From Hydrurus foetidus (taxonomy: Eukaryota), in NCBI GenBank assembly GCA_900617105.1, contig UYFQ01000001.1:930001-994000 (forward strand): a DNA stretch of 64,000 nt, given 5' to 3'. Under the pieces are notes generated by a model. The model was given only the letters and a program-made list of their open reading frames with translations. It was not told the DNA's origin and ran no database searches. This document shows positions 1 through 9,066 of the stretch, in pieces. Positions within the stretch are counted from its first letter, which is position 1, and the number at the start of each line of letters is the position of its first letter. A program made the translations under genes and the position numbers.

Positions 1-29
1 GCAACGCAGTACCTGTCAGCGATAAAGCC

Positions 30-1271
30 ATGAATAACACCACAACAGTACCCTCAACGGCTCCCACCAAAACCAACCCCCAGCGCAAAAAATACCTCAT
101 GCTGCTGGCCCTGTTGGTGGTGATCGGTGGCATTGGGGACGGCATTTACGACTGGATGGTGTCGCGCAATTTTGAGGACACCGACAACGCCTACGTCAAC
201 GGCAACATCGTCCAGATCACCCCGCAAATCACCGGCACCGTGCTGGCCGTTTTGGTGGAAGAGAACGATTTCGTCAAAGCTGGGCAGCCACTGGTCAAGC
301 TTGACCCCGCTGATGCCAAAGTCGCACTGAACCAAGCCGAAGCGAACCTCGCCCAAGCCGTGCGCCAAGTCCGCACGCTCTACGCCAACAACACCACGCT
401 GGCCGTGCAAATCACCGCCCGCACGGCGGACGTGGCTAAGGCGCAAAGCGACATTGCCCGTGCAACCGATGACCTGACGCGCCGCCAGTCGCTGCTGGGC
501 AACGGGGCCGTGTCCACCGAAGAAGTCAACCACGCCAAAAGCCAGCTCGATGTGGCCAAAAGCACGCTGGCCTCGGTGCAGGCAGCGGTCGTCGCGGCTA
601 AAGAGCAGCTCGCCAGCAACCAGACCATGACCGACGGCACCACCGTCGAGCAGCACCCCAGCGTACAGGCCGCCGCCGCCAAAGTCCACGAAGCCTTTCT
701 GAGCAGCCAGCGTGCCGCTTTGCTCGCCCCAGTGGACGGCTACGTCGCCAAACGCACCGTGCAACTGGGCCAGCGCGTGGCCGCCGGTGCGCCGCTGATG
801 TCCATCATCCCGCTCAGCCAAGTCTGGGTGGACGGCAACTTCAAAGAGCCGCAACTGCGCAATATCCGCATCGGCCAGCCCGTCACGCTGACGGCTGACA
901 TGTACGGCAAAAAGGTGGAATACACCGGCACGGTGTCTGGTCTGGGTGCGGGAACCGGTGCCGCTTTTGCCTTGCTGCCCGCCCAAAACGCCACAGGCAA
1001 CTGGATCAAAGTGGTGCAGCGGGTGCCGGTGCGCATCGCGTTGAACCCCGCCGAGCTGGCTAAAAACCCGCTGCGCATCGGTTTGTCGATGGACGCGAAC
1101 GTCGATGTACGCAACAAAGACGGCAAAACCCTGGCCGATGCACCCCGTGTCGCTGCCGTGAGCGATGCCCCCGCACTCAGCGCCACCGAGCAAGCCGCCG
1201 ACGCGGACGTGCGCCGCATCATCACGGCCAACTTGGCAGGGGCCAAAGTGGTTGCTGTCGTGGCCCGCTGA
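30..1271 (+). CDS. emrA: EmrA-family membrane fusion protein of an MFS efflux pump
   Basis: N-terminal TM anchor, TDNAYV motif, FALLPAQNATGNWIKVVQRVPVRI signature; upstream of a DHA2 transporter. Confidence 0.93.
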   Translation: MNNTTTVPSTAPTKTNPQRKKYLMLLALLVVIGGIGDGIYDWMVSRNFEDTDNAYVNGNIVQITPQITGTVLAVLVEENDFVKAGQPLVKLDPADAKVALNQAEANLAQAVRQVRTLYANNTTLAVQITARTADVAKAQSDIARATDDLTRRQSLLGNGAVSTEEVNHAKSQLDVAKSTLASVQAAVVAAKEQLASNQTMTDGTTVEQHPSVQAAAAKVHEAFLSSQRAALLAPVDGYVAKRTVQLGQRVAAGAPLMSIIPLSQVWVDGNFKEPQLRNIRIGQPVTLTADMYGKKVEYTGTVSGLGAGTGAAFALLPAQNATGNWIKVVQRVPVRIALNPAELAKNPLRIGLSMDANVDVRNKDGKTLADAPRVAAVSDAPALSATEQAADADVRRIITANLAGAKVVAVVAR

Positions 1272-1279
1272 GAGCACAC

Positions 1280-2854
1280 ATGTCCAGCGCCCCCGCTCCT
1301 GCCCCGGCCTTCATTGCCCACCCGCCGCTCGAAGGCTCCGCCCGCCTGTGGGGCACCGTGGCCCTGTCAGCGGCGACTTTCATGAACGTGCTGGACACGT
1401 CGATTGCCAACGTCTCCTTGTCCGCCATCGCCGGTGATTTGGGGGTCAGCCCGAACCAAGGCACCTGGGTGATTACCAGCTTTGCGGTGGCGAACGCGAT
1501 TGCCGTGCCCTTGACCGGCTGGCTGTCGCAGCGCTTTGGCCAGGTGCGGCTGTTCGTCGCCAGCGTCATCTTGTTTGTCATTGCCTCGTGGCTGTGCGGC
1601 TTGGCCCCCAACATGAACGCGCTGATCGCCGTGCGTGCCCTGCAAGGCTTCGTGGCCGGGCCGATGATTCCGCTGTCGCAAACCCTGCTGCTCGCCAGCT
1701 ACCCGAAAGCGCTGGCAGGCACCGCGATGGCGATGTGGGCCATGACCACGCTGATTGCGCCGGTGATGGGGCCGCTCTTGGGCGGCTGGATCACCGATAA
1801 CGTCAGCTGGCCGTGGATTTTTTACATCAACATTCCCGTGGGCTTGGTCACCGCTGCGGCCACCTGGATGGTCTTCCGCCAGCGTGAGTCTTTGGTGCAA
1901 AAGCTGCCGATTGATTCGGTGGGGCTGGCCTTGCTGGTGGTGTGGGTGAGTTCCATGCAAATCATGCTGGACAAAGGCAAAGAGCTGGACTGGTTCCACT
2001 CGCCCGAAGTCGTTGCCCTGGCTGTGGTGGCGGTGGTGGGTTTGGCCTTTTTTGTGATTTGGGAGTTGACTGAAGCGCACCCGGTGGTGGATTTGACGCT
2101 GTTCACCCGGCGCAACTTTTGGGCTGGTGTGGTGGCCACTTCGGTGGGCTACGGCTTGTTCTTTGGCAATGTGGTGCTGCTGCCGCTGTGGTTGCAGCAG
2201 TTCATGGGCTACACCGCCACGCAGGCGGGCATCGTGATGGCACCCGTCGGGTTACTGGCCTTGCTGCTGTCGCCGGTGGTGGGTAAAAACATCGCCAAAG
2301 TAGACCCACGCAAATTCGCTAGCTTCGCCTTTTTGGTGTTCGCGGTGGTGTTGTTGATGCGCTCTCACTTCAATACCCAGGCCGATTTGCCCACCATCAT
2401 GGTGCCCACCATCGTGCAAGGCATGGCGATGGCCTTCTTTTTCATCCCGCTGATGACGATCACGCTCTCTGGTTTGACACCAGACCGCATCCCCGCTGCA
2501 TCGGGTTTGTCCAACTTTGTGCGCATCACCGCCGGTGCGGTGGGCACGTCCATCGCCACCACGCTGTGGGAAAACCGCGCCACCATGCACCACGCGCACT
2601 TGGCGGAGGCCATCAACGTGGGCAACCCGGCGGCTACCGGCTTCATCGCGAACCTGTCCGCCGCAGGGCTGAGCACCGAGCAAGCGCTGTCGCAAATCAG
2701 CCGTTTGATCGACCAGCAAGCCTTCATGCTGGCCGCGAACGACGTGTTCTACGCCTCAGCAGGCTTGTTTTTGCTGATGATCCCGTTGGTGTGGGTCACG
2801 CACCCGCAAAAGGCGGCAGCGGGGAGTGCGGACGCAGGGGCGGGTGCGCATTGA
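1280..2854 (+). CDS. emrB: EmrB/QacA DHA2-family MFS efflux transporter
   Basis: FMNVLDTSIANV and WIFYINIPVG motifs, many TM segments, operonic with emrA. Confidence 0.93.
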   Translation: MSSAPAPAPAFIAHPPLEGSARLWGTVALSAATFMNVLDTSIANVSLSAIAGDLGVSPNQGTWVITSFAVANAIAVPLTGWLSQRFGQVRLFVASVILFVIASWLCGLAPNMNALIAVRALQGFVAGPMIPLSQTLLLASYPKALAGTAMAMWAMTTLIAPVMGPLLGGWITDNVSWPWIFYINIPVGLVTAAATWMVFRQRESLVQKLPIDSVGLALLVVWVSSMQIMLDKGKELDWFHSPEVVALAVVAVVGLAFFVIWELTEAHPVVDLTLFTRRNFWAGVVATSVGYGLFFGNVVLLPLWLQQFMGYTATQAGIVMAPVGLLALLLSPVVGKNIAKVDPRKFASFAFLVFAVVLLMRSHFNTQADLPTIMVPTIVQGMAMAFFFIPLMTITLSGLTPDRIPAASGLSNFVRITAGAVGTSIATTLWENRATMHHAHLAEAINVGNPAATGFIANLSAAGLSTEQALSQISRLIDQQAFMLAANDVFYASAGLFLLMIPLVWVTHPQKAAAGSADAGAGAH

Positions 2855-2884
2855 GGCCAAGCGCATGTTGATGCCCACCATCGG

Positions 2885-2913
2885 GTGTCGTGAAACTGTC
2901 ATCAAACCATCAT
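2885..2913 (+). promoter_or_regulatory. Pho box-like site (three 7-bp half sites at 11-bp period)
   Basis: GTGTCGT-gaaa-CTGTCAT-caaa-CCATCAT about 60 bp upstream of the GT4 start. Confidence 0.7.
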
Positions 2914-2971
2914 CATCCTGATGCTTTAGCCCGATAGCCTCCTTGGCATACGCCATGCAAAGGAGACTCTC

Positions 2972-4276
2972 TTGGAACACCTCGCCCCCTCGATCGATAT
3001 CCCGATCAACAGCCCCATCACCGCTCAAGACCCCGTCCTGCACACCGCCCTGCGCATCGCGTTGGTCACCGAAACCTTCACCCCTGAGGTCAATGGCGTG
3101 GCCATGACTTTGGGGCGTTTGACTGCCGGTTTACTGCAACGCGGTCACGCCGTGCAACTGGTGCGGCCCCGCCAAGGTGCAGGTGATGTGCTGGACGACG
3201 ACACCGCCGCCAAATCAACGCTGGAGCAAGTGCTGGTCACGGGCCTGCCCATCCCTGGCTACAGCGGTTTGCAATTCGGCTTGCCCGCCGCCCGTCGCTT
3301 GCGCCAACTGTGGCGGGCGCAGCGCCCGGACGTGGTGCATGTCGCCACCGAAGGGCCGTTGGGCTGGTCAGCAGTGGCCGTGGCCCGTCAGTTGGGCTTG
3401 CCCGTGACCAGCTCGTTCCACACCAACTTCCACAGCTATTCCCGGCACTACGGCGTGGGCTTGCTGAGAGCGCCTATCGAAGCCTATTTGCGCCATCTGC
3501 ACAACCGCACGCAGGCCACGCTGGTGCCCACCGCCGAGTTGGCCCGTGAGCTGCAAGACCGGGGCTACCAGAACGTGGGTGTGATGTCGCGCGGCGTGGC
3601 GGTGGCGCAGTTCACCCCGCTACGCCGCTCGCAGGCGCTGCGCGCGCGCTGGGGGGCGGGCGAAGATGCGGTGGTGGTGCTGTACGTGGGCCGCTTAGCC
3701 AAAGAGAAAAGCGTGGGCACCGTGCTGACCGCGTTCAACGCCATCCAAGCCCGTGTGCCCCGTGCCAAGCTGGTGTTCGTGGGCGATGGCCCCCTGCGTG
3801 CAGACTTGGAAGCCGCTTGCCCGCAGGCGATTTTTGCGGGTATCCGCACCGGCACAGAGTTGGCCACCTACTACGCCTCGGGGGATTTGTTTTTATTCCC
3901 CAGCCTGACCGAGACTTTCGGCAACGTGGTGCCCGAGGCCATGGCCAGTGGTTTGGCCGTGGTGGCGTACAACCAAGCCGCCGCCGCCAGCCTCATCACC
4001 CACAACCAAAACGGTCTGGTCATCCCGCCAGGGGATGCGCTGGATTTTGTGAGCGCCGCCGCCATGCTGGCCACCGACCCCCAGCGCCTGCGCGCACTGC
4101 GCCAACGCGCTGTACACAGCGTGGCACACCTGGACTGGTCAGCCGTGGTGGCGACTTTTGAGCGCACGTTGCGTGCGGTGGTATTTCCTTTAAAAACACC
4201 CCACACAGCAAGTCCAGAAAGCTACTCCAGCTATAGTTTCAGTAGCAAATACCCCCTCACCCCACCCAGCGCATGA
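2972..4276 (+). CDS. GT4 glycosyltransferase (PimA/Agt/SqdX-like, probable glycolipid synthase)
   Basis: RIALVTETFTPEVNGVA, DVVHVATEGPLG, FPSLTETFGNVVPEAMASG; AGGAG RBS before TTG start. Confidence 0.85.
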   Translation: MEHLAPSIDIPINSPITAQDPVLHTALRIALVTETFTPEVNGVAMTLGRLTAGLLQRGHAVQLVRPRQGAGDVLDDDTAAKSTLEQVLVTGLPIPGYSGLQFGLPAARRLRQLWRAQRPDVVHVATEGPLGWSAVAVARQLGLPVTSSFHTNFHSYSRHYGVGLLRAPIEAYLRHLHNRTQATLVPTAELARELQDRGYQNVGVMSRGVAVAQFTPLRRSQALRARWGAGEDAVVVLYVGRLAKEKSVGTVLTAFNAIQARVPRAKLVFVGDGPLRADLEAACPQAIFAGIRTGTELATYYASGDLFLFPSLTETFGNVVPEAMASGLAVVAYNQAAAASLITHNQNGLVIPPGDALDFVSAAAMLATDPQRLRALRQRAVHSVAHLDWSAVVATFERTLRAVVFPLKTPHTASPESYSSYSFSSKYPLTPPSA

Positions 4277-5189
4277 GCGCTTGGCCCATGCGGATGCCGG
4301 TGCCGTTGTGCAGGCCTTCGCACAGCACAAAGCCTTTGGGGGCCAGCACGATGATGGTGGAGCCGTGCTGAAACCAGCCCATTTCTTGCCCTTTGGTGAA
4401 CGCGGCGTTGCAGGCTGTCACCTTGGGGCCGTTGTACTTCAGGTGCAGCAGCACATCCATGAAATGCAGGCGGATGCTGGCCACCAAAATCGCGGCGACA
4501 GGCACCAGCGCGATGGTTTGCCCACGGGCGGGGCCGTCGCCAGTGAGGCGGGTTCTGAGGAAGGCCCGCTCGTTTTTACAAAACAGTTTTTCCACCCGCT
4601 TGAGCGCAATCGGGTTGACGTTCCAGGTGTCGCCGCTGAAGTACGTCACTTTTTCGACCGTGCAAGTTTGCGGCGCGTGGAAGCGGTGGTACATGCTGGA
4701 CGTGAGGCGCAGCGTGACGAAGGTGCCATCGTGCCATTCACCACCAGCCGCTTCTTCCCCGATCAAATCTTCCAACGTGTAGGGGAAGCCTTTGGCCTGG
4801 AACACCTGCGTGCCGCGAATCGGCCCATGGGCACCGACGATGCCGTCCGACGGGCTGCTCAGCACGGCCGGGTCAGCGTCCACCGGGCGCAAACCGTCTT
4901 TCAGCTCGCGGGTAAAGCAATCGTGCATGGAGGTGAAGTGGGTCTTTTTGGCCTCGCTCAAGTCCAGTGCCGAAAAGTATTTCCACACCGCAATCGAGGC
5001 ATCGCGCACCAGTGGCTGCTCGATTTTGCTGAACCAGCCCATCAAGCGGGTGAGGGTGTTGCGCGGCAAGCGGTTGGTCAGCAAGAAATTCAGGTCTTCT
5101 TGGTTCAGGGCGCTCTGAATGTGCTGGCGAAGCTGGAAAGATTGAAGCAGGGGTTTGAGTTTGAACATGTTGTTGAGCGTTTTAAGCAT
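4257..5189 (-). CDS. psd: Phosphatidylserine decarboxylase-like proenzyme (start 5189 or 5168)
   Basis: FTRELKDG, SPSDG, QAKG, YHRFHAP, KNER and self-cleavage motif FQHGSTII. Confidence 0.85.
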   Translation of the reverse strand: MLKTLNNMFKLKPLLQSFQLRQHIQSALNQEDLNFLLTNRLPRNTLTRLMGWFSKIEQPLVRDASIAVWKYFSALDLSEAKKTHFTSMHDCFTRELKDGLRPVDADPAVLSSPSDGIVGAHGPIRGTQVFQAKGFPYTLEDLIGEEAAGGEWHDGTFVTLRLTSSMYHRFHAPQTCTVEKVTYFSGDTWNVNPIALKRVEKLFCKNERAFLRTRLTGDGPARGQTIALVPVAAILVASIRLHFMDVLLHLKYNGPKVTACNAAFTKGQEMGWFQHGSTIIVLAPKGFVLCEGLHNGTGIRMGQALMRWVG

Positions 5190-5225
5190 TTTGGAAACTT
5201 TGAGAACTTTGGAAACTTTGAAAAG
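5190..5225. repeat. Imperfect 9-bp tandem repeat x4 between psd and aminotransferase starts
   Basis: tttggaaac tttgagaac tttggaaac tttgaaaag. Confidence 0.8.
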
Positions 5226-5235
5226 GAAATGAGCC

Positions 5236-6900
5236 ATGAATGAAATCGTGAATTTGCAAACCCTGGGCCTGTACGGCGTGGGTGGAGGTGGCCTGCTGTA
5301 TGGCTTGTCGCGCCTTAAAACCCGGCTGGAGTTGTCGCTGGCCAAGCACAAATCGCTGGCGGGTCATCCGCGCATGGCACGCCGGGTGGCGGCTCAATTG
5401 CCCAACTACAGCTACACCGAAGCGCAAATGTTTGGCGTGGACGGTGCGCCGGATGAGATCGTCCAAAGCCGCAAAGCCGCATTCAACGTGCTGGCAGAGC
5501 AGTTCCGCACGCGCTACGCCCAAAGCCTGGGTCTCAGCGCTCAGACGGAGGCGGGCGTGTCTGACATGCAGTTCATCAGCGCCTACCGGGTGCCCTTCCA
5601 GTTCCGCGAGCTGATGGGGCAGCAGCTTAAAACCGCCTCGTTCGTCGCCGCCACCGCAGGCGTCACCGTGACGGATTTGGACGGCAACTGCTTTTACGAC
5701 CTCACCGGCTCGTATGGCGTGAACCTGTTGGGCAACGATTTCTACAAAACCTGCATCACGCAAGGCAGCGCACTGGTCAGCGACTTGGGGCCGGTGCTGG
5801 GCGCTTACCACCCCGTGGTGGCGGACAACGTGCAGCGCTTGCGCCAGATTTCGGGGCTGGACGAGGTGTCCTTCCACATGTCGGGCACCGAGGCCGTCAT
5901 GCAGGCGGTGCGGTTGGCCCGCTACCACACCGGCAAAAAGAACCTGCTGCGCTTTTGCGGCGCGTACCACGGCTGGTGGGGCGATGTGCAGCCCGGCATC
6001 GGCAACCCGGCCCGTGCGCACGACACCTTCACCCTCAAAGAGATGGACGCTGACACCCTGCATGTGCTGCGCAGCCGCAACGACATCGCCTGCGTGCTGG
6101 TCAACCCCTTGCAGGCGCTGCACCCCAACGCCAGCGCACCGGGCGATTCGTCGCTGCTGGACAGCTCGCGCCGTGCCCACTTTGACCGCGCTGCGTACAC
6201 CGCATGGCTGCAAGAGCTTAGGGCGATTTGCACCGAGAAAAACATCGCGTTGATTTTTGATGAGGTCTTCGTCGGCTTTCGACTCGCGCCCGGCGGTGCC
6301 CAAGCCTACTTTGGCGTGCAAGCCGACATGGTGACTTACGGCAAAACCCTGGGCGGCGGCCTGCCGGTGGGTGTGGTGTGTGGTCGCAGCGCCTGGATGA
6401 AGCGGTTTCGCCCCGATGCCCCAGCCGATATTTGCTTTGCACGCGGCACCTTCAACGCCCACCCCTACGTGATGGGGGCCATGAACGTGTTCCTGAAAAG
6501 CCTGGAAACACCCGCTATCCAAGCCCTGTACGACGACCTGGACGGCACCTGGAACCGGCGAGCGCAGGCTTTGAATGGGCGCTTGCACCAAGCCGGTTTG
6601 CCGGTGCAAGTGGCGAATCTTTCGTCGATCTGGACGGTGCTGTACACCCAGCCCGCTTGCTACAACTGGTTGTTCCAGTATTACTTGCGGCTCGAAGGCT
6701 TGGCGCTGAGCTGGGTGGGCACGGGGCGCATCGTGTTCAGTTTGAACTACACCGATGCGGATTTTGAAGCCGTGGCTGAGCGCTTCGTGCGTGCCGCGCA
6801 AGCCATGCAGCAGGGCGGCTGGTGGTGGCTCAACCCCGCACAAACCAACAAAACCATCAAGCGCCGCATCCTGCGCGAACTGCTGGCCCATCGTTTCTAA
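5236..6900 (+). CDS. Class-III PLP aminotransferase (GSA aminomutase-like fold with N- and C-terminal extensions; probably not HemL)
   Basis: SGTEAVMQAVRLAR, GAYHG, LIFDEVFVGFR, DMVTYGKTLGGGLPVG. Confidence 0.85.
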   Translation: MNEIVNLQTLGLYGVGGGGLLYGLSRLKTRLELSLAKHKSLAGHPRMARRVAAQLPNYSYTEAQMFGVDGAPDEIVQSRKAAFNVLAEQFRTRYAQSLGLSAQTEAGVSDMQFISAYRVPFQFRELMGQQLKTASFVAATAGVTVTDLDGNCFYDLTGSYGVNLLGNDFYKTCITQGSALVSDLGPVLGAYHPVVADNVQRLRQISGLDEVSFHMSGTEAVMQAVRLARYHTGKKNLLRFCGAYHGWWGDVQPGIGNPARAHDTFTLKEMDADTLHVLRSRNDIACVLVNPLQALHPNASAPGDSSLLDSSRRAHFDRAAYTAWLQELRAICTEKNIALIFDEVFVGFRLAPGGAQAYFGVQADMVTYGKTLGGGLPVGVVCGRSAWMKRFRPDAPADICFARGTFNAHPYVMGAMNVFLKSLETPAIQALYDDLDGTWNRRAQALNGRLHQAGLPVQVANLSSIWTVLYTQPACYNWLFQYYLRLEGLALSWVGTGRIVFSLNYTDADFEAVAERFVRAAQAMQQGGWWWLNPAQTNKTIKRRILRELLAHRF

Positions 6901-6937
6901 AAGCAGCAAGACGCGCTGATGGGCCGAACGGGTTCAA

Positions 6938-7555
6938 TCAGCGCGTAGGGGACGCGTGAGTCGCTTGGCGTGGCTCAATCAACTCACCCCGCAGCAGTGC
7001 CATAGGGGCTTTGTAGTAAAGCCAAATGTCATGGAACGGGTCGGTCAAGATTTTGGTCATCCATACCAAGCCCGATTGCACGCCCTTGATGAAAAACAGG
7101 TGGACGGTGCGAAACACCAACCCACCCACGCCCACGCCCAACCACAGCAAGCCCACATGGCGGGCAAAGTCAAACAAATTGGTAGCGGGGGTTAAAAAGC
7201 CCAGCAGGGTAGGGTCAAGCACCAGCAGCAACGGAGAAGCCGCCCAAATCACCAACAGCACCACCTTGCGCTGCAAGTTGTAGCCCACCTTGATGGCCTC
7301 TTTGTGGTCGTTGGTAGCCTGGTTCACCTCGTCGTAGCCCCGAGGCTCAAAAAAGAAATGCCCCGCTTGCCGGCTGGTCATCGACACCAGCCAAGCCAGC
7401 AAGGCAGAAATGGCCGGATCAACCAGCAGCAGGGCGTAAGCAGCTACGAAACTGATAGCACTTACCAAGTGCAAAGACTGGTTGATGCGGCTGTGGTGGT
7501 AGTAGCGATGGTCATCCCAGCGCTGGAGGGTAAGTTCGTCGAAAAAAGCGGACAT
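6938..7555 (-). CDS. Membrane protein, Mpo1/DUF962-like His-rich
   Basis: Start MSAFFDEL after AAGGAG; DDHRYYHHSRINQSLH, RQAGHFFFE and DPFHD motifs; about 4 TM segments. Confidence 0.7.
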   Translation of the reverse strand: MSAFFDELTLQRWDDHRYYHHSRINQSLHLVSAISFVAAYALLLVDPAISALLAWLVSMTSRQAGHFFFEPRGYDEVNQATNDHKEAIKVGYNLQRKVVLLVIWAASPLLLVLDPTLLGFLTPATNLFDFARHVGLLWLGVGVGGLVFRTVHLFFIKGVQSGLVWMTKILTDPFHDIWLYYKAPMALLRGELIEPRQATHASPTR

Positions 7556-7591
7556 AGAAAGACTCCTTTGCCCGCAATGTAGGGAAGTCTG

Positions 7592-7609
7592 GTGACGAGA
7601 CGGTGACAG
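7592..7609 (-). promoter_or_regulatory. Pho box-like site
   Basis: Minus strand CTGTCAC-cgtc-TCGTCAC, about 37 bp upstream of the 7555 start. Confidence 0.6.
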
Positions 7610-7750
7610 TGGGGGGAGTGTTTCAATGTGAGGGTCTCTGTGTTGACCCTGCCTCTGCAAGATTTGACCCCGTCTCTGACCCTATTGCCGCCCCAACGCG
7701 CCTAGAACGCTTCACGCACGGCCCGCATTTGCGGGCCCATTGATCGGCCT

Positions 7751-8284
7751 TTACGATCCGGATGCCTTGGCACCGTCCGGATCGGTGCGTGAGTCCAACT
7801 TGAGTTGCAGAAACGCGAGGTCGAGCCACTGGCCGAACTTGGTGCCAACCTCCCGCAGCAGACCGATTTCGTCGAAACCGAGCTTCTTGTGCATCTGAAT
7901 CGAACCGACGTTCTTGGCCTCGATGCCTGCGACCATGACGTGCTTGCCGATGGCACGGGCGCGCTCAATGAGGGCGACCATCAACATCTTGCCGATTCCT
8001 GCCCCCCGGCAGTCTGAGCGTACATACACCGAATTCTCGACGGTATGCCGATAGCCGTCAAAGGCGCGCCAGTCGCCAAAAGAGGCGTAGCCGGCCACGG
8101 CCTGCTTGTCGTCGATGGCAACGAGCACCGGATAGCCGGCCCGATGGCGATCGGCCAACCAGACCGCCCGGTTGGCTGCATCCACCTTTTGGTCGTTCCA
8201 AATGGCACTGGTGTTGGCGACGGCATCGTTGTAGATGGCGAGGATCCCCTCAATGTCGCCCGTATGGGCATCACGTATTTGCAT
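7751..8284 (-). CDS. GNAT N-acetyltransferase (YncA/MnaT, phosphinothricin acetyltransferase-like)
   Basis: IYNDAV, GYRHTVENSVYV, VGTKFGQWLDL; AGGAG RBS before ATG 8284. Confidence 0.9.
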   Translation of the reverse strand: MQIRDAHTGDIEGILAIYNDAVANTSAIWNDQKVDAANRAVWLADRHRAGYPVLVAIDDKQAVAGYASFGDWRAFDGYRHTVENSVYVRSDCRGAGIGKMLMVALIERARAIGKHVMVAGIEAKNVGSIQMHKKLGFDEIGLLREVGTKFGQWLDLAFLQLKLDSRTDPDGAKASGS

Positions 8285-8303
8285 GCTTGATCTCCTGGGT
8301 TGA

Positions 8304-8384
8304 TGTCCACTATGATGGATAAAATATAGATTAATAGTGGATTTATTGTCCATTATATTAAAACATATGTCTACTATCATGGAT
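8304..8384. promoter_or_regulatory. Repeated operator-like boxes in the divergent GNAT/XRE promoter
   Basis: TGTCCACTATGATGGAT (8304), TGTCCATTAT (8347), TGTCTACTATCATGGAT (8368) in an AT-rich spacer. Confidence 0.55.
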
Positions 8385-8936
8385 GATTTAAATCAACGTA
8401 TCGGCGCAAGGGTGCGCATCGAGCGCGAGGGCCGGGGATGGTCGCTGACCGACCTGGCGACCCACTCGGGTGTGTCGCGCGCGATGGTGCACAAGCTCGA
8501 ACACGGCGATTGCAGCCCCACAGCAACGCTGCTTGCACGGTTGTCGGGCGCGTTCGGCTTGAGCATGTCCCAGCTCATCGCCCGCGCTGAAATGCAGGAA
8601 GGGCGGTTGCTGCGCAAAGCCGATCAGCCGGTTTGGATCGACCCGCAAAGCGGCTACGTGCGGCGGCACGTGTCGCCGCCTTCGGACATGCCACTAGACT
8701 TGGTGTATATCGAACTGCCGTCGGGCGCAGAAGTCCCAATGCCAGCAGTAGCCTATGCCTCGCAGCGGCAGCTCATTTGGACTCTCCGTGGCTCCCTGGT
8801 GTTCATCGAAGGGCAAGCCCGGCACGAAATGAACGAAGGCGATTGCCTGGAGCTGGGATCGCCTGTCGATTGCGTTTTTAAGAACGAAACGATCGATAGC
8901 TGTACTTACGCGGTCGCAGTATTGAGGAGCACCTGA
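8367..8936 (+). CDS. XRE-family HTH plus cupin transcriptional regulator
   Basis: GWSLTDLATHSGVSRAMVHKLE HTH and C-terminal cupin; divergent from the GNAT gene. Confidence 0.9.
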   Translation: MSTIMDDLNQRIGARVRIEREGRGWSLTDLATHSGVSRAMVHKLEHGDCSPTATLLARLSGAFGLSMSQLIARAEMQEGRLLRKADQPVWIDPQSGYVRRHVSPPSDMPLDLVYIELPSGAEVPMPAVAYASQRQLIWTLRGSLVFIEGQARHEMNEGDCLELGSPVDCVFKNETIDSCTYAVAVLRST

Positions 8937-8994
8937 CCCAAGAAAACGGGTGTTAAGAAAGCTTGTGTTAGGTCTTGCATTGACGTATTCAATC

Positions 8995-9056
8995 TCACCC
9001 GAATCAACTGCTATCGCTTACCTTAAAAGCACAAGCAGCTATCAATTCAGAAGCGA
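8995..9056 (-). repeat. Intergenic copy of the dispersed palindromic element (core 9038-9054)
   Basis: Minus strand GCTTCTGAATTGATAGC-TGCTTGTGCTTTTAAGGTAAGCGATAGC; similar cores at 4230, 7443, 29978, 31990, 38324, 52329, 52930, 60540. Confidence 0.7.
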
Positions 9057-9066
9057 TTGACAGCTA

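Noticed and set aside
5236..6900. Calling the aminotransferase hemL
   Set aside because: 554 aa with extensions and a lipid-gene context; only the fold is supported
8931..8973. Integron attC sites (CTTGTGTTAG here and near 39960)
   Set aside because: Too short, no proper complementary RYYYAAC end, no integrase
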